Source: an uncultured Alphaproteobacteria bacterium (GTDB taxonomy: Bacteria > Pseudomonadota > Alphaproteobacteria > Rhizobiales > Xanthobacteraceae). From it: a stretch of 64,000 bases of DNA. The stretch is taken from assembly GCA_963774775.1 (NCBI GenBank), contig CAVZGZ010000020.1, positions 43,889 through 107,888 of the forward strand. Direction: 5' to 3'. The notes under the pieces are model-generated. The model was not told the DNA's origin. It made no database searches and was given only the letters and a program-made list of their open reading frames with translations. This document shows, one piece after another, positions 53,507 through 63,685 of this stretch. The first letter of the stretch is position 1. Every line of letters begins with the position of its first letter. The position numbers and the translations under genes are program-made.

Positions 53507-54544
53507 ATGAAGCCGAACATCCGTTTTCCTGCTATCGACCGTCGCGTCTTTCTCTCGTCGCTGGCGATGCTTCCGTTGCTTTCTGCCTCGCTTCGTTCAA
53601 CCTCCGCAGTGGCGCAAGCGCAGCCCGATCCGCTGCCGTCCTGGAACGAGGGCGCGACCAAGGCATCGATTCTCGACTTCGTCGCGCGCGTGACGGCGCA
53701 AAACGGACCTTACTTTGTGCCGACCGAGCAGCGCATCGCGACTTTCGACAACGACGGCACTCTTTGGATCGAGCAACCGATGTATGTGCAATTGGCTTTT
53801 GCGCTCGATCGCGTGAAGGTTCTTGCGCCGATGCATCCGGATTGGAAGACCCGGCAGCCGTTCGCAGCGGTGCTTGACGGTGACCTAAAGGCGTTGGCGG
53901 CTTTCGGCGAAAAGGGATTGGTCGAACTGATCGCAGTGACGCATGCCGGCATGACCACGGCGGAATTCGAGAAAATCGTCAGCGACTGGCTCGCGACCGC
54001 GCGCGATCAACGCTTCAAGCGGCCCTATACCGAACTGGTCTACCAGCCGATGCTGGAATTGCTGGCCTACCTGCGCGCCAATGGTTTCAAGACCTTCATT
54101 GCGTCAGGCGGCGGTATCGAGTTCATGCGGCCGTGGACCGAGCGGATCTACGGAGTACCGCCGGAGCAGGTGATCGGATCGTCGATCAAGACCCGATTTG
54201 AGATGAAGGACGGTGCACCAACGCTGTTCCGGCTGCCCGACATCAACTTCATCGACGACAAGGCAGGAAAGCCGATCGGTATCAACGAGCACATCGGCCG
54301 CCGTCCGATCGCAGCCTTCGGCAACTCCGACGGCGATCTCGAAATGCTGCAATGGACGACGCTCGGCGCCAGTGGCGCTCGGTTCGGCCTGATCGTCCAT
54401 CATACCGATGCGGAGCGCGAATATGCCTACGACCGCCAATCGCATTTCGGGAAGCTTGATGTAGCGCTGGACGCTGCAGCAGTGAACAGGTGGACCGTGG
54501 TCGACATGAAGAAGGACTGGAAGCGGATCTTTGCCTTCGATTGA
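53507..54544 (+). CDS. HAD family hydrolase (non-specific acid phosphatase-like), Tat-exported
   Basis: DRRVFL, PLPSWNEG, FDNDGTLW, AFGNSDGD. Confidence 0.9.
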   Translation: MKPNIRFPAIDRRVFLSSLAMLPLLSASLRSTSAVAQAQPDPLPSWNEGATKASILDFVARVTAQNGPYFVPTEQRIATFDNDGTLWIEQPMYVQLAFALDRVKVLAPMHPDWKTRQPFAAVLDGDLKALAAFGEKGLVELIAVTHAGMTTAEFEKIVSDWLATARDQRFKRPYTELVYQPMLELLAYLRANGFKTFIASGGGIEFMRPWTERIYGVPPEQVIGSSIKTRFEMKDGAPTLFRLPDINFIDDKAGKPIGINEHIGRRPIAAFGNSDGDLEMLQWTTLGASGARFGLIVHHTDAEREYAYDRQSHFGKLDVALDAAAVNRWTVVDMKKDWKRIFAFD

Positions 54545-54628
54545 CGTTCGAGTTCGGTCAACGTGATGGTTGATTGACCCGAACTCCACGCATTGACGCG
54601 CTCGCTGGAGAGGAGGCGTCGTCGGAAT

Positions 54629-55054
54629 ATGCTGTCTAGCACCATCAGCTTCCTCCGGGATCACCTCTTCACCATGCCGGTGCTCGCGAAGTTCGCGGTT
54701 GGGATGGTGATGCTTGTCATCATCCCCAGGCTTTCCCGCCGATTGCATGTACCTGTAGCTCTGCTGCTTAGCGGCGTTTTAGTCGGGCCGTATGTTCTGG
54801 TTTGGCTACAACCGGAATGAACAGCTCACGATTTGGTCACTCACGCTGCCACAAGTTGCCACCACCTGGCCGCGACACTGGTCGCGCATGAAACGCTCGG
54901 TGCAGCCGGTCAACGGCTGCTCGGCGATCGAATGCTCAATGTCGTGTTTGTGCTTGTGTTCGCAACATCAGTCCTTGGTCCGCTGTTGACTGAGCGGTTT
55001 GCGTCTCGTCTGACGACTGGTGCCCCCAGTTCGATTTCATGGGCTGCATATTGA
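54629..55054 (+). pseudogene. internally deleted cation:proton antiporter (CPA2-type)
   Basis: N-terminal LLLSGVLVGPYVL joined to C-terminal SLTLPQVA.TLAATLV..NVVFVLVFATSVLGPLLTERFA. Confidence 0.65.
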
Positions 55055-55103
55055 ATTGAGTCAGACTCTGAAGTTGCCGCGGCCCCGCATTCCACCACCC
55101 GCC

Positions 55104-56411
55104 TCATTTTTCGAAGGCGTCATAAACCAGTTTCTTGAAGATCGGCAGGATGCGGCTGCGCTCGGTCTGCGTCTGCTCCATCAGGATGTAAAACATGTCC
55201 AGTTTCGGATCGACGCCGAAGTAAGTACCGCTGCCGCTGTCCCACTTCAGCTCGCCAATCGAGCCGGGCGGCGGCGGCTTTGCATTTCCGGGATCGGTGC
55301 GGACGGCGAGGCCGTAGCCATAACCAAACCCGTCGCCGGGAAAATAGAAATAGTCCCGCCCGACGCCGGAGCCCGGGCCGATATGGTCTGATGTCATCTG
55401 CTTGAATGCTTGCGGTCGCAGATATTGCCTGCCGTCGAGCTTGCCGCCGTTGAGCAGCATCTGCGCAAACCGTCCGTAGTCGGTAATGGTCGAGACCAGG
55501 CCGCCACCAGCCGATTCCCATTCCGGATGCGCCCGCCGCTCGTTCTCCGCGAGACGCAGGATGGCATCCTGCGGCAGCGGCTCCGCCATGCGCGCCCATT
55601 CAGCCGGGCTATCAAGCACGAACCTGGTGCTGGTCATCCCCAGCGGCGAGAGGACGTGCTCCCTGAGATACTGAAACAGCGATTTCCCGGACACGATTTC
55701 GACAATGCGCCCGAGCACGTCGGTGGAGTGACCGTACCGCCAGAGCGTGCCGGGCTGCCTCGCCAACGGCAGCCGGGCAATACGTTCGGCAAATTCCTTG
55801 TTGTCGAAATGACCCTGAAAAATGTCGGCGTCCGTATAGGCCTTCTTGATCAGATCGCCGCCGATGTAATCATAGGTGATGCCCGAGGTGTGACGCATGA
55901 GATCCTCGATGTTCACCGGCCGGTTCGGCGGCACGAGCTTGAGGATCGGGGTGCCGTTCTCGTTCTTGGAATCGAGGCCGACCTGCACCGAAGCATAGGC
56001 CGGAATATATTTGGACACGGGATCGGTCAGCGAAAGTCTGCCCTGGTCGATCAGCATCATCGCCGCCAAGTTCGTGATCGGCTTCGTCATCGAGTGAAGC
56101 GCAAAGATCGTGTCCGGGGTCATCGGCCGCTTGGTGGCGATGTCACGCACGCCGAAGCACTTGAGATAAACTGGCCGTCCATGCTGCTGTATCAGCACGA
56201 TGGCGCCGGCAAGCTTGCCGGTTGCGACCTCGTTGTCGAAAAATTCGGACAGCCGCTCCAGCCCGGCCGCAGACGGCGCGGGGATGCCGGGGTCTGCCTG
56301 AACCGGGGCTGATATCCCGCACCCGGCCATTGCCAAGACTATAACGAATGAAGCTCGAATGATTGTCGGCACCAGACTAGGCAACGGCATTTCCCCGGCA
56401 CGCATCAGCAT
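55104..56411 (-). CDS. serine hydrolase (beta-lactamase class C / esterase family)
   Basis: FALHSMTKPI SxxK, LMRHTSG, PGTLWRYG, GGGLVST; start codon uncertain. Confidence 0.9.
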   Translation of the reverse strand: MLMRAGEMPLPSLVPTIIRASFVIVLAMAGCGISAPVQADPGIPAPSAAGLERLSEFFDNEVATGKLAGAIVLIQQHGRPVYLKCFGVRDIATKRPMTPDTIFALHSMTKPITNLAAMMLIDQGRLSLTDPVSKYIPAYASVQVGLDSKNENGTPILKLVPPNRPVNIEDLMRHTSGITYDYIGGDLIKKAYTDADIFQGHFDNKEFAERIARLPLARQPGTLWRYGHSTDVLGRIVEIVSGKSLFQYLREHVLSPLGMTSTRFVLDSPAEWARMAEPLPQDAILRLAENERRAHPEWESAGGGLVSTITDYGRFAQMLLNGGKLDGRQYLRPQAFKQMTSDHIGPGSGVGRDYFYFPGDGFGYGYGLAVRTDPGNAKPPPPGSIGELKWDSGSGTYFGVDPKLDMFYILMEQTQTERSRILPIFKKLVYDAFEK

Positions 56412-56466
56412 GTTGTCCGGATGGAAGCTAGCTGATCTGCACGGGGAGTAAAACGACGCTTTGGTG

Positions 56467-58746
56467 TTATTCGACGCTGCTGCCGCGGCGCAGGTCGGCA
56501 TCGATCTGAAGCCGCGTGCCGCCGCCGAAGCGGGCACGGTAGACCTGCAGATTCTCCAGGATCCGCTGCACGTAATTCCGCGTCTCGGAGAACGGGATTA
56601 ACTCGACCCAGTCGACCGCGTCGATCTTGGGATCGCGTGGATCGCCGTAGCGGTCGATCCATTTCTTCACGCTGCCGCGGCCGGCATTGTAGGCGGCAAA
56701 GGTCAGGATGTAGGAGCCACGGTAGTCCTCGAGCAGCCCGCCAAGCTCGGCGGCGCCTAGCGCTGCGTTATAGACCGGGTCGGACTTCATCCGGCTGAGG
56801 TCGAAGCCGACGCCGGCCCGCTTGCTGACATAGCGCCCGGCGTCCGGGGTCACCTGCATTAGCCCATAGGCCTGCGCCGGCGAGACCACGGCCTGGTTGA
56901 AGGCGCTTTCCTGCCGGGCGATAGCGTAGACGATGCTCTGCTCGACCTCCGGCCCGAACTGTTTGAACGATGGAATGCCGTTGACGGGGTAGGCGTAGTG
57001 GTCGAATGGCAGGCCGCGATTGAGCGCGGCCTTGCCCACCAGCAGCATGCCGCGGGCGTCGCTATTGCGCGCGGTCAGTTCGCCAAGTCCCACCAGCGCT
57101 TCGGGGTCACCGTTCTCGCCCATGTCGGCGAAGATCGGGATCGCGATCTCGCGCTCGTCGAGTTCGTAGAGCAGTTGCACCGCGCGCACGATCTCCAGCC
57201 GTTCGGCCGCACGACCGCGGGGAACCCCGTTCAATTCGATCTGCGGCAGTCCAAGCTTGGCGCGCGCCAGCTGGCCGTAATAGCTGGTCGATTGCTCGGC
57301 GGCGCGGGTATAGGCGGCGCGGGCCTCCTGCGCCCGGCCGGCCGCTTCCGCGGCGCGGCCTTGCCAATAGCCGCCGCGCGCCAGCGCGGTCGGATTGACG
57401 CTGCCGACGCCGATCCGCGCAAAATGCTGCGCGGCCACCGACGGGTCGTTCAGGAAACGCAGCGCGATCCAGCCGGCGGTGAATTCCTGCTCGGTCTTGT
57501 AGATGTCTTTCGCGGGCAGGGCGGAATCCCGCGCGATCAGATAGGCGGTGCGGTGTTCGCCGGCGTCGATCATCTTGCGCGACAGCAGCCGTCGTTCGAT
57601 CCACCACTCGTCGACATTGTAGAGGCGGGCGGGATCCCTCGGCGCGCTCATCATCAGTTGGGCGGCCTCGGCGAATTTCTCCTCGCGGCGAAGCAACTGG
57701 ATCTTGGAGAAGATGTAGCCGATGTCGCCGCGCAATTCACTCGGCACCGCCTCGAGCAGCGCCCTGGCGTTGGAGGCTTTCCGGTTGGAGGCGATGCGCG
57801 CCTTGGCGAGCTCAAGGTGGCCCGAGCCCAGCCGCTTCGCGGCGCGCAGGCCCGCCGCTTCCTGCTCGGTGCCATACAGCATCGTATCCATGCGCGCCTT
57901 GTGATCGCCCGCCGTCAGCAACGCTCCGAACAGATCGAGTGCCGTGGTTTCGGTGTCCTCCGACATCGCATCGTTGCGCCAGGCCTCGCGCACGAGCCGC
58001 TCGGCATTGGCGCGGTCGCCGCGCGCGATCATCACCCTCGCCAGCGCGAAGCGGCCCTTGGCCGATACCGGGGATTCATTTTCGAACCACGACCACACCA
58101 CCGAATCCTCGCGATGGTCGTCCCACAGGGCGGCTTCGAGGCGCCGGCGCAGGAAGGACTGCGACGGCCAGCTCGGATTGGCGGAAAGGAACGCCCGATA
58201 GCGCTCGACCGAGGCGCCATTGTCGTCGCTGCGCAGGATCAGCCATTCCGCGAGCTTGCGTGCGACCGGATCGCCAATATCCGCTTCCGCCTGCGTTGCG
58301 TCGGCAGGCTTGTGCTTGCGGATCAGCTCGATGACATTTTCCAGTGCGTCCTTGTCGGCCTGCGGGGTCGACGATGTCGCGGCAACGGCTGCCGGGGTAA
58401 CGGGTTTGCGCGCGGCTGGCGGCGGCAACGCCGCATGCTGACGCGTCGCCGGCACCAATGCGGGGGCCACCGGAACAGGGGCGGCCGGTGCCGCGCCATC
58501 GGCCGGCCGCGGCAGTTCTGCCCGCATTCGCCACGGGCTGCGAGTTCTGGGCGTGGTTTTGGGAACAATGTTGCGCGCGATCGGCCGCGGTTTCGGCAAT
58601 GGAACTTTCGCATTGGCCCAGGCGTCGGCCGTGATCGCGGTCAGCCCCGCCGCCAGCACCAGGCTGGCCGCCAAGGCGGTCGATCGCAAGGCGGCTGTGC
58701 GGGCGGAAGGGATCACGGCTCTCCTCTGCGGCGGCGAATCATTCAA
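56467..58746 (-). CDS. soluble lytic murein transglycosylase (Slt70-like)
   Basis: AIARQESAF, GLMQV, AAYNAG, IPFSETRNYVQRILEN. Confidence 0.92.
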   Translation of the reverse strand: MNDSPPQRRAVIPSARTAALRSTALAASLVLAAGLTAITADAWANAKVPLPKPRPIARNIVPKTTPRTRSPWRMRAELPRPADGAAPAAPVPVAPALVPATRQHAALPPPAARKPVTPAAVAATSSTPQADKDALENVIELIRKHKPADATQAEADIGDPVARKLAEWLILRSDDNGASVERYRAFLSANPSWPSQSFLRRRLEAALWDDHREDSVVWSWFENESPVSAKGRFALARVMIARGDRANAERLVREAWRNDAMSEDTETTALDLFGALLTAGDHKARMDTMLYGTEQEAAGLRAAKRLGSGHLELAKARIASNRKASNARALLEAVPSELRGDIGYIFSKIQLLRREEKFAEAAQLMMSAPRDPARLYNVDEWWIERRLLSRKMIDAGEHRTAYLIARDSALPAKDIYKTEQEFTAGWIALRFLNDPSVAAQHFARIGVGSVNPTALARGGYWQGRAAEAAGRAQEARAAYTRAAEQSTSYYGQLARAKLGLPQIELNGVPRGRAAERLEIVRAVQLLYELDEREIAIPIFADMGENGDPEALVGLGELTARNSDARGMLLVGKAALNRGLPFDHYAYPVNGIPSFKQFGPEVEQSIVYAIARQESAFNQAVVSPAQAYGLMQVTPDAGRYVSKRAGVGFDLSRMKSDPVYNAALGAAELGGLLEDYRGSYILTFAAYNAGRGSVKKWIDRYGDPRDPKIDAVDWVELIPFSETRNYVQRILENLQVYRARFGGGTRLQIDADLRRGSSVE

Positions 58747-58950
58747 TCGCTCGAGCCTTAGGTCTATTTGACTGAATATGTGGACAAAATGCTAAAATAC
58801 GTCGCGGGTCGGCGATGTTTGCGCCATCACCACGGCAAAATCGCGGCTGGGCGTGGCTGTGGCGCGGGCCTTTCGCCCGATCATCAGACCCGATATGACT
58901 GACGTCCCATTATCGGCCCTGCCGTAAACCTGTGCGTTCGGAGGAAGTCC

Positions 58951-59842
58951 ATGGCAGCCAAGACAAAATTCCGGGGTTCTTTCACCGCCTTGGTCACCCC
59001 CTTCAAGAACGGCTCGCTCGACGAGGCGGCCTTCCGATCGCTGGTCAATTGGCAGATCTCCGAGGGCACCAACGGCCTGGTTCCGGTCGGCACCACAGGC
59101 GAGAGCCCGACGGTGAGCCATGACGAACACAAGCGCGTGGTCGAATGGTGCATCGAAGAGGCCAAGGGCAGGGTGCCTGTGATCGCCGGCGCCGGCTCCA
59201 ATTCGACCAAGGAAGCGATCGAACTCGCCGAGCACGCCGAGAAGGCGGGCGCGGACGCGGTGCTGGTGGTGACGCCGTACTACAACAAGCCGACCCAGGA
59301 GGGCATGTACCAGCACTTCAAGGCGATCAACGACGCCATCGGCATTCCCATTATCATCTACAACATCCCGCCGCGCTCGGTGATCGACATGTCGGTCGAC
59401 ACCATGGCAGCGGCTGTTCGAATTGAAGAACATCGCCGGCGTCAAGGACGCCACCGCCAGCATGGTGCGGGTATCGCAGCAGCGCGCTGCCATGGGCGAG
59501 GACTTCAACCAGCTCTCCGGCGAGGACGCCACTGTGCTCGGCTACATGGCCCATGGCGGCCATGGCTGCATTTCGGTGACCTCGAATGTCGCGCCGCGCC
59601 TGTGCGCGGAATTCCATGCCGCCTGGCAGAAGGGCGATGTCGCGACCGCGCTCAAGGTGCATGACAAGCTGATGCCGCTGCACACCAACCTGTTCATCGA
59701 AAGCAACCCGGCGCCGGTGAAATACGCGCTCTCGCTGCTCGGCAAGATGGACGAGAAACTGCGCCTGCCGATGGTGCCGGTGTCGGAGCCGACGCGCGTC
59801 GCCGTGCGCAGCGCCATGGTCCATGCCGGGCTGATCAACTAA
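58951..59842 (+). CDS. dapA: 4-hydroxy-tetrahydrodipicolinate synthase; frameshift near 59410
   Basis: [45 protein letters not shown]. Confidence 0.96.
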
Positions 59843-59900
59843 GATCACGCCGCCGCGGGAAGACGTCGCTGATCAAAAAACGTCAAAAAGGGGGACCAGC

Positions 59901-60317
59901 ATGCTGAAGGAATTCCGCGAATTCGCGATGAAGGGCAACGTCGTCGATCTCGCCGTCGGCGTCATCATCGGTGTGGCCTTCGGCGCGATCGTGACCTCTC
60001 TGGTCGGCGACATCATCATGCCAATCATCGGCGCGATCACCGGCGGTCTCGATTTCTCCAACTATTTCACCGGACTTTCCAAGGCCGTCACGGCAACCAA
60101 TCTGGCCGACGCCAAGAAGCAGGGCGCCGTGCTGGCCTGGGGCAATTTCCTGACGCTCACGATCAATTTCCTGATCGTCGCCTTTGTGCTGTTCATGGTC
60201 ATCAAGGCAATGAACACGCTGAAACGCAGGGATGCCGCCGCACCCGCCGCGCCGCCGAAGCCGACCCGTGAGGTCGAACTCCTGACGGAAATCCGCGATC
60301 TCCTCAAGAAGGCTTGA
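59901..60317 (+). CDS. mscL: large-conductance mechanosensitive channel
   Basis: [30 protein letters not shown]. Confidence 0.97.
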   Translation: MLKEFREFAMKGNVVDLAVGVIIGVAFGAIVTSLVGDIIMPIIGAITGGLDFSNYFTGLSKAVTATNLADAKKQGAVLAWGNFLTLTINFLIVAFVLFMVIKAMNTLKRRDAAAPAAPPKPTREVELLTEIRDLLKKA

Positions 60318-60318
60318 C

Positions 60319-60792
60319 GTGGCCGAGAAAAACGAACGCCCGATCAAAATTGTCGCCGAAAACCGCAAGGCCCGCTTCAATTACGCGATCGAGGACACGC
60401 TGGAGGCCGGCATTGCGCTGACCGGCACCGAGGTCAAGTCGATCCGCAACGGCAAGACCACGATCGCGGAATCCTATGCCGATACCAAGGACGGCGAGAT
60501 CTGGCTGATCAATGCCAACATTCCCGAATATCTGCAGGCCAACCGCTTCAATCACGAGCCGAAGCGGCCGCGTAAACTGCTGCTGCACAGGAAGCAGATC
60601 AACAAACTGATGGGCGCGGTCGACCGTGAAGGCATGACGCTCATTCCGCTAAAGCTCTACTTCAACGAACGTGGCCGTGCCAAGCTGCTGCTTGCGATAG
60701 CCAAAGGCAAGAAGCTGCACGACAAGCGCGAGAGCGAGAAGAAACGCGACTGGGGTCGCGAAAAAGGCCGATTGCTGCGCGCGCGGGGGTGA
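60319..60792 (+). CDS. smpB: SsrA-binding protein
   Basis: [35 protein letters not shown]. Confidence 0.97.
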   Translation: MAEKNERPIKIVAENRKARFNYAIEDTLEAGIALTGTEVKSIRNGKTTIAESYADTKDGEIWLINANIPEYLQANRFNHEPKRPRKLLLHRKQINKLMGAVDREGMTLIPLKLYFNERGRAKLLLAIAKGKKLHDKRESEKKRDWGREKGRLLRARG

Positions 60793-60797
60793 AGGGA

Positions 60798-60880
60798 GCG
60801 AATTGCGAGTAGCGAATGGCGAATAGGGAAATCTTCCGCTACGGGCATTTTTTATTCGCCACTCGCTACTCGCCATTCGC
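60798..60880. repeat. inverted pair of heptamer arrays (GCGAATN x4 / NATTCGC x4)
   Basis: GCGAATT GCGAGTA GCGAATG GCGAATA ... TATTCGC CACTCGC TACTCGC CATTCGC. Confidence 0.8.
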
Positions 60881-60898
60881 CACATCAAGGAGCGTAAG

Positions 60899-61480
60899 AT
60901 GGTTCAATCAAACCTGCTCGAAGTCGACTGGAGCAAGATCCCGCCACCATCAGACGATGGCGCGGCCGCGCACCTTGTCGGCATGACGATCCCGCTGGTC
61001 ACTCTCGTCGCGACCGACGATACTTCGGTGACGTTGTCAGATTTGCGCGGACGTACCGTCGTGTTCGCCTATCCGCGCACCGGCGAGCCCGGCAAGATCT
61101 CACTGGTCGACGATTGGGACATGATCCCCGGTGCGCGCGGCTGCACGCCGCAGACCTGTTCGTTCCGCGATCTTTTTGCGGAGCTCAAGGCTGCCGGCGC
61201 CAACCAGGTGTTCGGCCTGTCGACGCAAAGCAATGCCTATCAGACCGAGATGGCGTCACGGCTGCATCTGCCGTTCGCGGTATTGTCGGACGAGAAGCTG
61301 GCGCTGACCGGCGCGCTCAAGCTGCCGACGATGGAGGTCGCGGGACTGACGCTGATCAAGCGGCTCGCGCTGATCATCGATGACGGGCGCATCCGCCACG
61401 TGTTCTATCCGGTGTTTCCGCCCGATCGAAACGCCGGCGACGTGCTGGCATGGCTGAAGGAAAATCCGGCCAAGACCTAA
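60899..61480 (+). CDS. peroxiredoxin (BCP/Redoxin-like)
   Basis: YPRTG, WDMIPGARGCTPQTCSF, VFYPVFPPD. Confidence 0.9.
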   Translation: MVQSNLLEVDWSKIPPPSDDGAAAHLVGMTIPLVTLVATDDTSVTLSDLRGRTVVFAYPRTGEPGKISLVDDWDMIPGARGCTPQTCSFRDLFAELKAAGANQVFGLSTQSNAYQTEMASRLHLPFAVLSDEKLALTGALKLPTMEVAGLTLIKRLALIIDDGRIRHVFYPVFPPDRNAGDVLAWLKENPAKT

Positions 61481-61785
61481 CCAACATGGAAGCGATCGAC
61501 AAGGTCGAGAGCCACATCGCAGACGCCGTGAAGCGAGGTGCCAAGGACATCACCGGCGGCAAGCGACACGCGCTCGGTGGCAGCTTCTTCGAACCGACCG
61601 TTCTCTCCGAAGTCGGACCGGACGCACTCGTTGCGCATGATGAGACCTTCGGCCCGCTCGCGCCGGTGATTCGCTTCAAGGACGAAGCCGACGTTATCTC
61701 GATGTGCAACAACTCGCCGTTCGGCCTTGCCTCGTACCTCTACTCCCGCGATGTCGGCCGAGTGTGGCGCGTGGCAGAGGCGCAT
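61480..61785 (+). pseudogene. internal fragment of an NAD(P)-dependent succinate-semialdehyde dehydrogenase (GabD-like)
   Basis: KVESHIADAVKRGA, FFEPTVL, ETFGPLAP, FGLASYLYSRD; lacks both ends. Confidence 0.8.
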
Positions 61786-62220
61786 TCAAAACGGCTTGAC
61801 AACGACGAGAATGATGATGGCGATAGCGCCCGCTATGGTCATTATCGATGCGTGGCGCAGGCTTGCCGGTACCGGCGGCTGGTCTGCTCTCGCCAGCCTG
61901 TTAAACGTTCCTGACAGCATGCCGTGCAGGGCAGACAGGCCGAAAACGAGAAAGAGCTTTACTGTCAGCCACGACGCGCCGAACCAGTCGCCCTGAATTG
62001 CGAGCGCAAGGCCCAGCACCCAGACGAGCGCCATAGCTGGTGAGGTAACCCGGCGATCCCATCGGTGTATCGCTCCCAAAGCGCCAAGGCGCCCGGCTCG
62101 TTCCGCTGCGCCTTCCCTGTTATAAAAGGTGGCCAGGGCAATACCAGAGGCCAGCATTCCGCCGATCCAAGTCACAACCGCTGCGATGTGCAGCGCCTTC
62201 AGCCAAGGATAGAGGTCCAT
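61786..62220 (-). CDS. CopD/HemJ-like (UPF0093) membrane protein
   Basis: YPWLKALHIAAVVTWIGG, WLTVKLFLV, ILVVVKPF. Confidence 0.8.
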   Translation of the reverse strand: MDLYPWLKALHIAAVVTWIGGMLASGIALATFYNREGAAERAGRLGALGAIHRWDRRVTSPAMALVWVLGLALAIQGDWFGASWLTVKLFLVFGLSALHGMLSGTFNRLARADQPPVPASLRHASIMTIAGAIAIIILVVVKPF

Positions 62221-62233
62221 CGGATTTCCTCGT

Positions 62234-62569
62234 TCATGCAGATGCGGCGAGCGTCCGCTGCGCCTTACGCAACAGACGTTCATTGAAGAATGCGCCGAAG
62301 GGCACGAAGGCGGCAGTGATAAGGCGTAGGGCATCACGCTTTGGAAGGCTGCCGCCGCTGATGGTTTGAACAAGCATCCAAAAGTACAAAAGGAACGCCG
62401 CACCATGGACGGGACCCATGATCATGGTCGCGATCCGATAGCCGCCAATATGCCGGAGCGGTACAGCAATGAAGACCAGAATGATGAGCGTCGCGCCTTC
62501 AAGAAGCGAAACCAAGCGCATCCAACGCAACTGCTTCAGGTCGTTCGCCAAGTGTTGAGCATGCACCAT
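62234..62569 (-). CDS. DUF3817 family membrane protein
   Basis: SLLEGATLIILVFIAVPL, GPVHG, AAFVPFGAF. Confidence 0.8.
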   Translation of the reverse strand: MVHAQHLANDLKQLRWMRLVSLLEGATLIILVFIAVPLRHIGGYRIATMIMGPVHGAAFLLYFWMLVQTISGGSLPKRDALRLITAAFVPFGAFFNERLLRKAQRTLAASA

Positions 62570-62862
62570 CCATCACCTTCCAGACGCTCCGGCACCCACC
62601 GTGACACGGCTTAGCAACATGCCGAAATCGCTCCGCTATTGTATCGATTGACCTTCGAATGTCGTGAGCGGCGGAAACGACAAAGATTGATCATTCTCCG
62701 CCCATCGCGGCTGCTATGATGCCCAGAAGCGGCTCCCAATCGCGACGCGCCCCCCAGAAGATGATCCAGCGTTTGCTATCACACGGGGCAACCGTCGGCT
62801 TTTAACGACGCTTCAGCGTCATTTTCCTCCGACGGTGCTTCCCGCAAGCGATTGTCAATCGC

Positions 62863-63552
62863 CTACTCAGCGAAAGGTGACTGATGTAGAAAATCGACTG
62901 AAGACGGGCGGGCATATCCTGGCACGTATTTCAAGCCGAAGTCCGCGATGAAATTGTCTCTCGTCGTGTTCGGATGATTCTTGGCGATGCCGCAAAGGCA
63001 CGTCGTCAGTTCGTTCTTCATGCTAAGACGAGGAAAGGTCGACAAGATAGCTTTCTTGTTGTCGTCGCTCAGCTCATGATAACCGAGCCCGCCGTAGTCA
63101 CAGGCGATGCCGATCTGGCAGCAGGCCACGTCGGGGCCCTTATGCCGCGCGATCGATGCGACGGTATGGAGCGCGATCGAGTCCCAGACTGTCTCTGCAC
63201 GGCGCTCCCCCATATCGTGCGAGAGAGCAAAGGTGCGGCCGAGGTCCGCTCCCAGAACTTCAAAGCGACGATCGGGAGCGCCACCGCGCGCAAGGCCAAG
63301 ATCATGCAGGAGTACCGATACAGCGACCAGTTCGGCATCCGGAGCAAGGCCACGATGTTGGGTCAGCTTGGCTCCATAGAGCCACGAGCGCGCCACGTGG
63401 TTGAAAAGCCAGGGCTGCGATGTTTCAGCTTCTGCGTGTGCATAGGCATCCCGAACCGTCCGACTGTCGGGTAGCTTCAAATCCAGCTCTCGGCCGACCG
63501 CCAGCGCTTTGCTGAAATCAGGCTTTTCGTTTTGGCTCACATCTCGCTCCAT
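62863..63552 (-). CDS. HD-domain protein (cyanamide hydratase-like)
   Basis: LFNHVARSW, LLHDLG, RFEVLGAD, VWDSIALH. Confidence 0.85.
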   Translation of the reverse strand: MERDVSQNEKPDFSKALAVGRELDLKLPDSRTVRDAYAHAEAETSQPWLFNHVARSWLYGAKLTQHRGLAPDAELVAVSVLLHDLGLARGGAPDRRFEVLGADLGRTFALSHDMGERRAETVWDSIALHTVASIARHKGPDVACCQIGIACDYGGLGYHELSDDNKKAILSTFPRLSMKNELTTCLCGIAKNHPNTTRDNFIADFGLKYVPGYARPSSVDFLHQSPFAE

Positions 63553-63685
63553 TGGTCATAGGACGGGCTTGGTTTGTCCGCCTTCGCGTAATGGTGTCTG
63601 CATGGCAGAAGCCGGGGACCAACCATGCAGCGAAACGCGTCCATGGATGCCAGGGGTCCGATGGGCGCGCATGCTTTGGGAGACC

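Noticed and set aside
60793-60898. tmRNA (ssrA) next to smpB
   Set aside because: No tRNA-like domain or tag reading frame; the gap holds only a heptamer inverted repeat.
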